Shown piece by piece: positions 51,978-64,000 of a stretch of DNA of 64,000 nt. The notes under the pieces are model-generated. The model saw only the letters and a list, made by a program, of their open reading frames with translations, searched no databases and was not told where the DNA came from. The translations under genes and the position numbers were made by a program. Position 1 is the stretch's first letter, and each line of letters starts with the position of its first letter. The stretch comes from Burkholderiales bacterium (GTDB taxonomy: Bacteria; Pseudomonadota; Gammaproteobacteria; Burkholderiales; Burkholderiaceae_C), in NCBI GenBank assembly GCA_018971105.1, contig JAGWVB010000002.1, positions 513 to 64,512 on the forward strand, written 5' to 3'.

Positions 51978-54900
51978 TCAGACCAGCACGCGCTCGATGC
52001 CGCCGGCGTTGGCGCGCGCCACGTACTCGGGCATCCAGTCCTCGCCCAGCAGCTTGCGCGCCATCTCGACGACGATGTAGTCGGCCTCGAGCAGGCCGCT
52101 CGCCATGTCGTCCTCGTAGCGTTTGAGCCCCTGCAGGCAGCTCGGGCAGCTGGTGAGTATCTTCACGTTGGCCGGCGCCGCGGCGCCCATGCGCAGCCGC
52201 AGCGCGGCCTCGCCCTTGCGCAGTTCCTCCTCCTTGCGGAAGCGGACCTGGGTCGCGATGTCGGGCCGCGTCACGCCCAGCGTGCCGCTTTCGCCGCAGC
52301 AGCGCTCGTTCTTGACGACATTGGGGCCGAGCAGCGCCTGCACCGTCTTCATCGGCTCCTGCTGCTTGAGCGGGCTGTGGCAGGGGTCGTGGTAGAGGTA
52401 GTTGCCTTCCTCCCCCTCGAGCCGGATGCCCTTCTCGAGCAGGTACTCGTGGATGTCGATGATGCGGCAACCGGGGAAGATGTCCTCGAATTTGTAGCCC
52501 TGGAGCTGGTCGTAGCAGGTGCCGCAGCTGACGACGACGGTCTTGATGTCGAGGTAGTTCAGCGTGTTGGCGACGCGGTGGAACAGCACCCGGTTGTCGG
52601 TGATGATCTTCTCGGCCTTGTCGGCCTGGCCGCCGCCGCGCTGCGGGTAGCCGCAGCACAGGTAGCCCGGCGGCAGCACGGTCTGCACGCCGGCATGCCA
52701 GAGCATGGCCTGGGTCGCGAGGCCGACCTGGCTGAACAGGCGCTCGCTGCCGCAGCCGGGGAAGTAGAAGACGGCCTCGGTCTCGGACGTCGTGCGCGCC
52801 GGGTCGCGGATGATGGGGACGTAGTTCTTGTCCTCGATGTCCAACAAGGCGCGCGCGGTCTTCTTCGGCAGGCCGCCCGGCATCTTCTTGTTGATGAAGT
52901 GGATGACCTGTTCCTTGATCGGCGCCGGCCCCAGCGTCGCCGGCGGCGCTGCCGTCTGCCTGCGCGCCGCGAGCTTGAGCACGCGGTTGGCGATGCGCTG
53001 CGCCTTGAAGCCGAGCTCGACCGTGGCCAGGCGCAGGAACTTGATCGCGTCCGGGCTGGTGGCGTTGAGGAAGGCCATCGCCGCCGCCTTGCCGGGGCGG
53101 AAGCTCTGCTTGCCCAGGCGGTGCAGCAGGCCGCGCATGGCCATCGTGACGTCGCCGAAGTCGATCTTGACCGGGCAGGGGCTCTCGCACTTGTGGCAGA
53201 CCGTGCAGTGGTCGGCCACATCCTCGAAATCCGCCCAATGCTTGACGCTGACGCCGCGCCGCGTCTGCTCCTCGTAGAGGAAGGCCTCGATCAGCAGCGA
53301 GGTGGCGAGGATCTTGTTGCGCGGGCTGTAGAGCAAGTTGGCGCGCGGCACGTGGGTGGCGCAGACCGGCTTGCACTTGCCGCAGCGCAGGCAGTCCTTG
53401 ATGCTGTGGCTGATGGCGCCGATGTCGCTCTGCTGCATGATCAGCGACTCGTGCCCCATGAGGCCGAAGCTGGGCGTGTAGGCGCCGGTGAGGTCGGCGC
53501 CCTTGAGCAGCTTGCCGCGGTTGAAGCGGCCCTCGGGGTCGATGCGCTGCTTGTACTCGGCGAACGGCCGCATCTCCTCGTCGCTCAGGAACTCGAGCTT
53601 GGTGATGCCGATGCCATGCTCGCCGCTGATGACGCCGCCCAGGCGCCGCGCCAGCGCCATGATGCGCGCCACCGCCTCATGCGCCGTCTGCAGCATCGCG
53701 TAGTTGTCGCTATTGACGGGGATGTTGGTGTGCACATTGCCGTCGCCGGCGTGCATGTGCAGCGCGACCCAGACGCGGCCGCGCAGCACCTGCTGGTGGA
53801 TCTTCCGGCACTCCTCGAGCAGCGGCGCGAAGGCGCTGCCGGCGAAGATCTGCTGCAGCGGGGCGCGGATCTGCGTCTTCCACGAGGCGCGCCAGCGCCA
53901 GTCCTGCAGCATCGCGAAGCAGGTTTCGCCCCCACCCTGGCCGGCCCCGGCCTGGACGACGTCGAGCTGGTCGAGCCAATGCTGCCATTGCCCGCGCACC
54001 TCGGCCAGCAGCGCCTGCGCCTGCTGCACGCGGTCCTCGAGCAGCTCGGCGCTCGGGATCTCGCCGGCGTCGTCGCTCTTGCCCAGCGGCAGGTTGCCGC
54101 GGCCGAAGAAGGCCTGCAGCGCGTCGACGAGCTCGAGCTTGTTGCGCAGGCTGAGCTCGACGTTGATGCGCTCGATGCCCTCGGTGTACTCGCCCATGCG
54201 CGGCAACGGGATCACGACGTCCTCGTTGACCTTGAAGGCATTGGTGTGGCGCGAGATCGCCGCCGTGCGCTTGCGGTCGAGCCAGAACTTCTTGCGCGCG
54301 TCGGCGCTGACGGCGACGAAGCCCTCGCCGCCGCGCGAGTTGGCGATGCGCACGACCTCGCTCGTCGCATGCGCGACGGCATCGGCGTCGTCGCCGACGA
54401 TGTCGCCGACGAGCACCATCTTCGGCAGCCCCGAGCCGACGGCGGCGCGCTTGCTCTTCGTCGCGTAGCCGACGGCGCGCAGGTAGCGGTCGTCGAGATG
54501 CTCGAGCCCGGCGAGCAGCACGCCGCTGCCGGTGAGCGAGAACAGGTAGTCGCGGATCTCGACGATGGCCGGCACCGCGTCCTTGGCGTTGCCGAAGAAT
54601 TCGAGGCAGACGGTGCGCGTGTGCGCCGGCATGCGGTGCACGATCCAGCGCGCGCTCGTGATGAGGCCGTCGCAGCCTTCCTTCTGGATGCCGGGCAGGC
54701 CGGCGAGGAACTTGTCGGTGACGTCCTTGCCCAGCCCTTCCTTGCGGAACACGCTGCCGGGGATCTCGAGCAGCTCGCTGCGCTCGAGCGTCCTGCCCGT
54801 GGCGTCGTAGTAGTCGAGCTTGAAGCGCGCCAGCGCGACATCGTGGATCTTGCCGCGGTTGTGGTCCAGCCGCGTCACCTCGAGCCATTTCGCCTCCGGC

Positions 54901-55880
54901 GTGACCATGCGCCACGAGGCCAGGTTGTCGAGTGCCGTGCCCCACAGCACGGCCTTCTTGCCGCCGGCGTTCATCGCGATGTTGCCGCCGATGCAGCTCG
55001 CCTCGGCCGAGGTCGGGTCGACGGCGAAGACGTAGCCCGCGCGCTCGGCGGCGTCGGCCACGCGCTGGGTGACGACGCCGGCCTCGGTGCGTATCGTCGC
55101 CACCGGCTCGGCCAGGCCGGGCAGCGCCACGAGTTCGACCTCGCCCATCCCCTCGAGCTTCTCGGTGTTGATGACGGCGCTCTTCCAGATCAGCGGCACG
55201 GCGCTGCCGGTGTAGCCGGTGCCGCCGCCGCGCGGGATGATCGTCAGCCCGAGCTCGATGCAGCCGGCCACCAGCGCGGCCATCTCGGCCTCGCTGTCGG
55301 GCGTGAGGACGATGAACGGGAATTCGACGCGCCAGTCGGTCGCGTCGGTGACATGCGAAACGCGCGAGAGGCCGTCGAACTTCAGGTTGTCGCTCGCCGT
55401 GTGGCGGCCGAGCACGCGGCGCGCGGCGCGGCGCAGTTCGCCGACCTCGCGGAAGCGCTCGGCGAAGGCGTCGATGGCGGCGCGCGCCGCTGCCAGCAGC
55501 TCGCCGACGAGGGCGTCGCGCTGGGCGTCGGCGGCGGGGTCGCGGCGCTTGCCGACTTCCTCGAGCCGGTGCTGCAGCGCCTCGATCAGCAGCGCGCGCC
55601 GCTTCGGGTTGTCGAGCAGGTCGTCTTCGAGATACGGATTGCGCTGGACGACCCAGATGTCGCCCAGCACCTCGTAGAGCATGCGCGCCGAACGCCCGGT
55701 GCGGCGCTCCTGGCGCAGCAGGTCCAGGATTTCCCAGGCACGCCGGCCGAGCAGGCGCAGCACGATCTCGCGGTCGGAGAACGAGGTGTAGTTGTACGGG
55801 ATCTCGCGCAGGCGCACCGCTTCGGTGGCTTCGGGTGCGGCGGCGGATGCGAGCGGGGTCAGGTGCTGCGGAGCGTTCAT
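51978..55880 (-). CDS. Large FAD-linked/4Fe-4S oxidoreductase (DUF3683-GlcD-GlcF type)
   Basis: [55 protein letters not shown] motifs; start MNAPQ. Confidence 0.9.
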   Translation of the reverse strand: MNAPQHLTPLASAAAPEATEAVRLREIPYNYTSFSDREIVLRLLGRRAWEILDLLRQERRTGRSARMLYEVLGDIWVVQRNPYLEDDLLDNPKRRALLIEALQHRLEEVGKRRDPAADAQRDALVGELLAAARAAIDAFAERFREVGELRRAARRVLGRHTASDNLKFDGLSRVSHVTDATDWRVEFPFIVLTPDSEAEMAALVAGCIELGLTIIPRGGGTGYTGSAVPLIWKSAVINTEKLEGMGEVELVALPGLAEPVATIRTEAGVVTQRVADAAERAGYVFAVDPTSAEASCIGGNIAMNAGGKKAVLWGTALDNLASWRMVTPEAKWLEVTRLDHNRGKIHDVALARFKLDYYDATGRTLERSELLEIPGSVFRKEGLGKDVTDKFLAGLPGIQKEGCDGLITSARWIVHRMPAHTRTVCLEFFGNAKDAVPAIVEIRDYLFSLTGSGVLLAGLEHLDDRYLRAVGYATKSKRAAVGSGLPKMVLVGDIVGDDADAVAHATSEVVRIANSRGGEGFVAVSADARKKFWLDRKRTAAISRHTNAFKVNEDVVIPLPRMGEYTEGIERINVELSLRNKLELVDALQAFFGRGNLPLGKSDDAGEIPSAELLEDRVQQAQALLAEVRGQWQHWLDQLDVVQAGAGQGGGETCFAMLQDWRWRASWKTQIRAPLQQIFAGSAFAPLLEECRKIHQQVLRGRVWVALHMHAGDGNVHTNIPVNSDNYAMLQTAHEAVARIMALARRLGGVISGEHGIGITKLEFLSDEEMRPFAEYKQRIDPEGRFNRGKLLKGADLTGAYTPSFGLMGHESLIMQQSDIGAISHSIKDCLRCGKCKPVCATHVPRANLLYSPRNKILATSLLIEAFLYEEQTRRGVSVKHWADFEDVADHCTVCHKCESPCPVKIDFGDVTMAMRGLLHRLGKQSFRPGKAAAMAFLNATSPDAIKFLRLATVELGFKAQRIANRVLKLAARRQTAAPPATLGPAPIKEQVIHFINKKMPGGLPKKTARALLDIEDKNYVPIIRDPARTTSETEAVFYFPGCGSERLFSQVGLATQAMLWHAGVQTVLPPGYLCCGYPQRGGGQADKAEKIITDNRVLFHRVANTLNYLDIKTVVVSCGTCYDQLQGYKFEDIFPGCRIIDIHEYLLEKGIRLEGEEGNYLYHDPCHSPLKQQEPMKTVQALLGPNVVKNERCCGESGTLGVTRPDIATQVRFRKEEELRKGEAALRLRMGAAAPANVKILTSCPSCLQGLKRYEDDMASGLLEADYIVVEMARKLLGEDWMPEYVARANAGGIERVLV

Positions 55881-56080
55881 AGGGGTAACTGCGGATCCTA
55901 CCGCAGGGGTCCGGGCGGCGCCGGGGCCGGCGGACAAGGCAGGTGACGCCGGTCGCCCGATGCGGCTGCCACCCGACCGCGGCCGGCCCGTGCAGGCGCC
56001 GGCGCCGGGGCGTGCCGCCCGCGTGGATTCGAAGCCGCGCATGGGCGCAGAATCCGGGCCCATCGACGCGATCGCCGCCG

Positions 56081-56116
56081 ACTTCGCCGCAAACCTCGCC
56101 ACAAACTTCGCCGCCG
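56081..56116 (+). repeat. Three imperfect 12-bp tandem repeats upstream of ugpQ
   Basis: ACTTCGCCGCAA / ACCTCGCCACAA / ACTTCGCCGCCG. Confidence 0.6.
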
Positions 56117-56127
56117 TGATCGCCCCC

Positions 56128-56889
56128 ATGATCGACTCAACCCTGCCGCTGTGGATCGCCCATCGCGGCGCCGGCCGGCTCGCGCCCGAGAACACGCTGG
56201 CGGCCTTCCGCCTCGGCGCCGCGCATGGCTTTCGCGCCTTCGAATGCGACGTCAAGCTCAGCGCCGACGGCGTGCCCTTCCTGCTCCACGACGACACGCT
56301 GGAGCGCACCAGCGACCGCCGCGGCATCGCCGGCGATCTGCCCTGGTCCACGCTGTCGCGCGTCGATGCCGGCAGCTGGCTGGGTCCGGCCTGGGCCGGC
56401 GAGACGCTGCCGACGCTGGCTGCGATCGCGCGCTGGGTCATCGCCAACGGCCATGGACTGAACCTCGAGATCAAGCCGACGACCGGCCTCGAGCGCGAGA
56501 CCGGGCTCGCGGTGGGCCGCGCCTGCGCCGAGCTCTGGCGCGGCGCCGCGACGCCGCTGCTGCTGAGCTCGTTCCAGCCCGACGCGCTCGAGGGCGCGCG
56601 CACGGCGGCGCCGGGGATCGCGCGCGCGCTGCTGCTCGACCGGCTCGGGCCGGGCTGGTTCGACATCGCGCAGGGGCTGGCCTGCGTCGCCGTCGTCACC
56701 CACCACCGCTGGATGGACGCGGCGCTGCTGGCGCGCCTGCATGCCGCCGGCCTGCGCGCGCTGTGCTACACGGTCAACGAGCCGGCCGACGTGCGCCGGC
56801 TGCTCGCGCTGGGCAAGGCCGGCATCGACGGCATCGACGGCATCATCACCGACGCCGTCGACCGCTACCCGGCGGCGGCCCTGGCCTAG
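56128..56889 (+). CDS. ugpQ: Glycerophosphodiester phosphodiesterase
   Basis: [33 protein letters not shown]. Confidence 0.92.
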   Translation: MIDSTLPLWIAHRGAGRLAPENTLAAFRLGAAHGFRAFECDVKLSADGVPFLLHDDTLERTSDRRGIAGDLPWSTLSRVDAGSWLGPAWAGETLPTLAAIARWVIANGHGLNLEIKPTTGLERETGLAVGRACAELWRGAATPLLLSSFQPDALEGARTAAPGIARALLLDRLGPGWFDIAQGLACVAVVTHHRWMDAALLARLHAAGLRALCYTVNEPADVRRLLALGKAGIDGIDGIITDAVDRYPAAALA

Positions 56890-56901
56890 CCCGGGCCGGG
56901 C

Positions 56902-58221
56902 TCAGGTTCCGGCTTCGCCCTCGGGCAGATAGCCCGGACCGGCCTCGACGCCCAGCCATTGCGCCTCGGTCTCGGGCGCAGGAAGGCCCTTGAGCTCGCG
57001 CATCAGCGGCAGGCGCCAGGCCACCAGCGCCAGCAGCGCCGAGACTCCGCCCGCAAAGGCCAGCGCCCAGCGCAGCCCGGCATGCTGGCCGAGCCAGCCG
57101 CCGATCAGCGCCCCCGGCGAGGCCGCGAGCAGCGAGAGCCAGCGCATCGTGCTCGTCATGCGGCCGAGCAGCGGCTCGGGCGTGACGGCCTGGCGCAGCG
57201 CAAGGAAGTTGATGAAGATGAAGACCGCGCCCATCGAAAAGGCCATCAGCATGACCGAGAACGCGGCCACGCCCCAGCGGTTGGCCGGCGCCACCGCCAC
57301 CAGCAGCCAGCCGGCGGCGCTGATCGCGTAGCCGAGCACGAGGCAGGGTCCGGGCCCGATGCGCAGGCTGACGCGGCGCCCGAGCAGGCTGCCGCTGATC
57401 GTCCCCACGCCCATGCCCATGTAGCACAGGCCCACCTGCTGCTCGGACAGGCCGAGCGTGCGCGTGGCGATGAGGATCTGCACCGTCGTCGCGGCGTAGT
57501 TGCACATCTGCCAGATCGCCATCAGCAGCGCCAGCGTCAGGAGCAGGCGCTGGCCGGCGACGAAGCGCAGGCCATGGCGCAGGTCGCGCCAGAAATGCGC
57601 GTCGGGCCGGTGGTCGCGGCGCTCGTGGACGCGGATGTTGCGCAGGATGGCCGCCGAGCCGAACAGCAGCACGGCATTGACGAGCAGCGCCAGCGGCGCG
57701 CCGAAGACGCGGATCAGCGCCCCCGCGACGCCGGGTCCGGCGACCTCGGCGCCCGAGGTCGCGAGGGCGTTCTTCGCATGGGCCTCGACGAGACGCTCGC
57801 GCGCGACGACCTGGGTCAGCACGACCTGCGCCGCGCTGCCGGCCACGGTATTCACGGCGCCGATCACGAAGGCTGCGGCGTAGAGCCAGCCCATCGCCAG
57901 CCAGCCCAGCCACCAGGCCAGCGGCACGCTGGCGGCGACGAGGGCGATCGTCGATTCGCCGACGACATAGACCGGCAGCTTGCGCACGCGGTCGAGCCAG
58001 ACGCCGGAGGGCAGCGAGAAGATCAGGAACGGCAGCAGCTCGACCGCCGTCAGCTTGCCCATCTGCACCGGGGTCGCGTGCAGCAGCACCGCCGCCGTCA
58101 GCGGCAGCGCGAGCAGCATCACCTGGTTGCCGAACGAGCTCGTGAGGATCGAGCTCCACAGGCGCCGGTACGACGGGTCGCGGAGCAGGTCTCCCGGGGC
58201 GAGTTGGAAGAGCGCCCGCAC
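56902..58221 (-). CDS. MFS transporter (12-TM exporter-like)
   Basis: YRRLWSS, GVWLDRVRK, two hydrophobic halves, LLGRMTSTMR. Confidence 0.9.
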   Translation of the reverse strand: MRALFQLAPGDLLRDPSYRRLWSSILTSSFGNQVMLLALPLTAAVLLHATPVQMGKLTAVELLPFLIFSLPSGVWLDRVRKLPVYVVGESTIALVAASVPLAWWLGWLAMGWLYAAAFVIGAVNTVAGSAAQVVLTQVVARERLVEAHAKNALATSGAEVAGPGVAGALIRVFGAPLALLVNAVLLFGSAAILRNIRVHERRDHRPDAHFWRDLRHGLRFVAGQRLLLTLALLMAIWQMCNYAATTVQILIATRTLGLSEQQVGLCYMGMGVGTISGSLLGRRVSLRIGPGPCLVLGYAISAAGWLLVAVAPANRWGVAAFSVMLMAFSMGAVFIFINFLALRQAVTPEPLLGRMTSTMRWLSLLAASPGALIGGWLGQHAGLRWALAFAGGVSALLALVAWRLPLMRELKGLPAPETEAQWLGVEAGPGYLPEGEAGT

Positions 58222-58232
58222 TCAGGACCGAT

Positions 58233-59462
58233 TCACGACCGGTAGTCGGCGTTGATCGACACGTAGTCGTGCGAGAGGTCGCAGGTCCAGACCAGCGCCG
58301 ATGCCGCGCCGCGGTGCAGGTCGACGCGCACCGTGATCTCGCTGCGCTTCATCACGCGCTGGCCGTCCTCCTCGCGGTAGTCGGGGTGGCGGCCGCCGTC
58401 GCGCACGACATGGACCTCGTCGAGATGGAGGTCGATCAGGTTCTGGTCGAGGTCGCCGATGCCGGCATAGCCGACGGCGGCGAGGATGCGGCCAAGGTTG
58501 GGGTCGCTGGCGAAGAACGCCGTCTTGACGAGCGGCGAATGGGCGATCGCGTAGGCGGCGAGCCGGCATTCGGCCTCGTCGCGGCCGCCATCGACGCGCA
58601 CCGTGATGAACTTGGTCGCGCCCTCGCCATCCCGCACGATGGCCTGGGCGAGCTGCTGCGCCACCGCGACGACGGCATCGCGCAGCGTCCGGCCCGCGGC
58701 CGTATCGAGGGCGCCGATCTCGGCGTGGCCGGCGCGGCGGGTGGCGACGAGCAGCAGCGAATCGTTGGTCGAGGTATCGCCGTCGATCGTGATGCGGTTG
58801 AAGCTCAGGTCGGCCGCCTCCTTGATCAGCGGCTGCAGCAGCGCGGGCGCGATCACCGCGTCGGTGGCGATGAAGCCGAGCATCGTCGCCATGTTCGGCC
58901 GGATCATGCCGGCGCCCTTGGAGATGCCGGTGACGGTGACGCTGCGCCCGTCGATCGTGACACGGCGCGAGGCCGCCTTGGGCAGCGTGTCCGTGGTCAT
59001 GATGCCGGCGGCGGCATCGGCCCAGCCATCGTCGCGCAGCGACGCCAGCGCCGCCGGCAGCGCGGCCTCGATGCGCTCGACGGGCAGCGTCTCCATGATC
59101 ACGCCGGTGGAGAAAGGCAGCACCTGCGCCGGCGCGACGTGCATCAGCGCGGCCAGCGCGTCGCAGCTGCGGCGCGCGCGCGCCAGGCCGTCGGCGCCGG
59201 TGCCGGCATTGGCGTTGCCGGTGTTGATGACGAAGGCGCGGATGCCCGCGCCCGCGGCCAGATGCTCGCGGCAGAGCTGGACCGGTGCGGCGCAGTAGCG
59301 GTTCGACGTGAAGACGCCGGCCGCGGCGGCCCCCTCGTCGAAGGCAAAGACGACGAGGTCGCGCCGGCCCGCCTTGCGCACGCCGGCCATCGCGGTGCCG
59401 ATGCGCAAGCCGGGCACCGGATGCAGTTGGGCAGGGTCGGGAGCGGCGAGATTGACGGGCAT
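58233..59462 (-). CDS. argJ: Bifunctional ornithine acetyltransferase / N-acetylglutamate synthase
   Basis: [52 protein letters not shown]. Confidence 0.97.
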   Translation of the reverse strand: MPVNLAAPDPAQLHPVPGLRIGTAMAGVRKAGRRDLVVFAFDEGAAAAGVFTSNRYCAAPVQLCREHLAAGAGIRAFVINTGNANAGTGADGLARARRSCDALAALMHVAPAQVLPFSTGVIMETLPVERIEAALPAALASLRDDGWADAAAGIMTTDTLPKAASRRVTIDGRSVTVTGISKGAGMIRPNMATMLGFIATDAVIAPALLQPLIKEAADLSFNRITIDGDTSTNDSLLLVATRRAGHAEIGALDTAAGRTLRDAVVAVAQQLAQAIVRDGEGATKFITVRVDGGRDEAECRLAAYAIAHSPLVKTAFFASDPNLGRILAAVGYAGIGDLDQNLIDLHLDEVHVVRDGGRHPDYREEDGQRVMKRSEITVRVDLHRGAASALVWTCDLSHDYVSINADYRS

Positions 59463-59496
59463 GGCGGTGGTCTTGCGGGGCTGGCAGGGGTGGCCC

Positions 59497-59512
59497 GCGA
59501 TTGTAGGCAGCG
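59497..59512 (-). promoter_or_regulatory. Promoter-like 16-mer with TACAAT upstream of argJ
   Basis: Identical to 34618-34633; about 35 nt before the argJ ATG. Confidence 0.5.
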
Positions 59513-59592
59513 GTCTTCGAAAGCAAGCCGGGGATGCGGCCTCGCGGTCGCAGCCCCGGCGCGGGTTCCGGCGTTCCCGGTGCTTGCGGCGC

Positions 59593-62337
<2,745 letters not shown>

Positions 62338-62628
62338 GCGGAGTCCAGGCTCAGGCTTCACTCGTTGACGGTTGCGCGGGCGCCCGTTGCCGCCATGACG
62401 CCGGCCCACGCCGGGGCGCCGGGCCACGCCGACCGGGCCCGAACCGGCAGCCGGCACGACCGGCCCGCGGGTCCGCGCTCCCGGACCGTAGCTGCGGCCC
62501 CGAGGGTGGGCCCCAAGCCAGCCGGCAGGCCACGCGCAAAACGGTCGAGTCTATCACCCGGCCCCGGCGCGGCCGGGCGCTCCGGTCCGGGCGCAGCGCG
62601 GTACCGGGCCGCCCTTAAACTGCCGCCG

Positions 62629-62937
62629 ATGTCGACACCGGCAAACCTCGGACTCCCGCTGGCGGCGGCGCTCGACCGCAGCGAGCCGCTGACCGGCCTG
62701 CTGCGGCGCCTGGCCGAGTCCAGGGCGCGCTACGAGGCCATCGCCGACCTCCTGCCGCCGGGGCTGCGCGGCGACACACGGCCCGGACCGCTGGACGAGA
62801 CGCAGTGGGTACTGCTCGTCGGCCATGCCGCGGCGGCGGCCAAGCTGCGCCAGCTGCTGCCGGCCTTCCGGCAGGCGCTGCTCGAGCGCGGCTGGAGCGG
62901 ACCCGAGATCCGCATCAAGGTCCTGCCCCGGCCCTGA
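62629..62937 (+). CDS. DciA/DUF721-like protein
   Basis: 102 aa divergent from secA; AAAAKLRQLLP...IRIKV pattern and typical position. Confidence 0.7.
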   Translation: MSTPANLGLPLAAALDRSEPLTGLLRRLAESRARYEAIADLLPPGLRGDTRPGPLDETQWVLLVGHAAAAAKLRQLLPAFRQALLERGWSGPEIRIKVLPRP

Positions 62938-63726
62938 TCAGTCCTGGAACGGCGGCCGCCGCGTCGCGCGGCGCCACAGCAGACCCGGCAGCCGCAGCGC
63001 GAACTCGAGCATGAGCCGGATGTGCATCCAGGTCAGCAGCAGGTTGTCGCGGCCATAGCGGAAATGCGAGACGCCGCCCTCCGCGGCACTGAGGTAGCGC
63101 ACCGGCGCGTCGCGGTTGATCGGCTTGACGCCGCGCCAGGCCAGGCGCACGACGGCCTCGGTGTCGAAATCGAAGCGCCGCATCCAGCGCTGGCGCCGCA
63201 TCACCGCGATCAGCTCGGCCACCGGGTAGACGCGGAAGCCGTAGAGCGAATCGGCGACGCCGGCGCCCAGGGTCTCGAGATCGGTCCACCAGTTCGAGAC
63301 GCGGCGCCCGCGCACGCGCAGCAGCGGCGCGCTGGCGTCGAACACCGGGCGGCCGAGGATCATCGCCTGCGGCCGCCGCTGCGAAGCCGCCATGAAGTCG
63401 GCGATCAGCGCGGCCGGGTGCTGGCCGTCGGCGTCCATCGTCAGCGCATGCGTGTAGCCGGCGGCGGCGGCGCGCTCCAGGCCGTGCAGCACGGCCGCGC
63501 CCTTGCCGGCGTTGCGTTCGAGCACCCAGACGCGCAGCCCGGGGTCGGCGTCCGCCAGACGCTGCAGCGCCGCGTCGCTGCCGTCGTCGCTGCCGTCGAC
63601 GACGACCCAGACCGGGCACCAGGCGGCGCGCGCCGCGCGCACCGTCGCCAGCACCTGGGCGCCGGTGTTGTAGCTCGGGATCAGCACCAGATGCGTCGTC
63701 GACGCGCCAGCCCCCGCGCCGGTCAT
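62938..63726 (-). CDS. Glycosyltransferase family 2
   Basis: LIPSYN, VVDGSDDG, GKGAA, MDADGQH, DSLYGFR, FDFDTE. Confidence 0.92.
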   Translation of the reverse strand: MTGAGAGASTTHLVLIPSYNTGAQVLATVRAARAAWCPVWVVVDGSDDGSDAALQRLADADPGLRVWVLERNAGKGAAVLHGLERAAAAGYTHALTMDADGQHPAALIADFMAASQRRPQAMILGRPVFDASAPLLRVRGRRVSNWWTDLETLGAGVADSLYGFRVYPVAELIAVMRRQRWMRRFDFDTEAVVRLAWRGVKPINRDAPVRYLSAAEGGVSHFRYGRDNLLLTWMHIRLMLEFALRLPGLLWRRATRRPPFQD

Positions 63727-64000
63727 CGGCGCTCCGGGCCGCGCAGCATGCCGGCGGCGAAGCAGGCCTCGACCTCGTCGCGCAGCGCATGCGGGTCGGA
63801 CGGCGGCTCGAAGCGCCGTCCCAGGCGCACGCCGAAGCGGATCGGCAGTGGCGGCAGCCTCCACAGCGGCCAGCCCTTGCCGAGGTAGGGCGAGTCGGTG
63901 TCGATGAAGACCGCCTGCACCGGCACGCGCGCGCGCTTGGCGATGAGTGCGAAGCTGGCGTGGAAATGGTTCACCGGCGCGTGCGTCGTGCGCGTGCCCT
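63723..64000 (-). CDS. Lysophospholipid acyltransferase (PlsC-like), 3' part only
   Basis: Window edge reads GTRT (end of the PEGTR motif), then IAKRARVPVQAV, YLGKGW; 4-nt overlap with the GT2. Confidence 0.7.
   Translation of the reverse strand, partial: GTRTTHAPVNHFHASFALIAKRARVPVQAVFIDTDSPYLGKGWPLWRLPPLPIRFGVRLGRRFEPPSDPHALRDEVEACFAAGMLRGPERR

Overview
High-GC (roughly 70% by eye) betaproteobacterial chromosome, with gene content and protein style resembling Burkholderiales (Rubrivivax/Ideonella-like; inference). Most of the window is housekeeping: lipAB, phoH-ybeY, cysK, clsB, aspS, ubiB/J/E, argJ, secA and dciA. It also carries a URC-like uracil-utilisation trio (GTP cyclohydrolase II-like, URC4/DUF1688, upp) beside a TonB receptor. 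About 16 kb of polysaccharide genes sit between ubiE and ubiJ: the nucleotide-sugar genes look intact, while the wcaJ-like transferase, an outer-membrane barrel and epsE are decayed, and an IS630 with 20-bp perfect terminal repeats lies at the epsE/MCP break. The most notable observation is absent from the ORF track: a 50-aa gene at 14139-14291 (-) with its own RBS and terminator. It encodes a double-glycine leader (ELSLEQLRQVSGG) and a 19-aa core with a duplicated QTVYLE motif, so it is an orphan RiPP- or signal-peptide-like precursor with no maturation genes in the window. No rRNA, tRNA or CRISPR array was seen.
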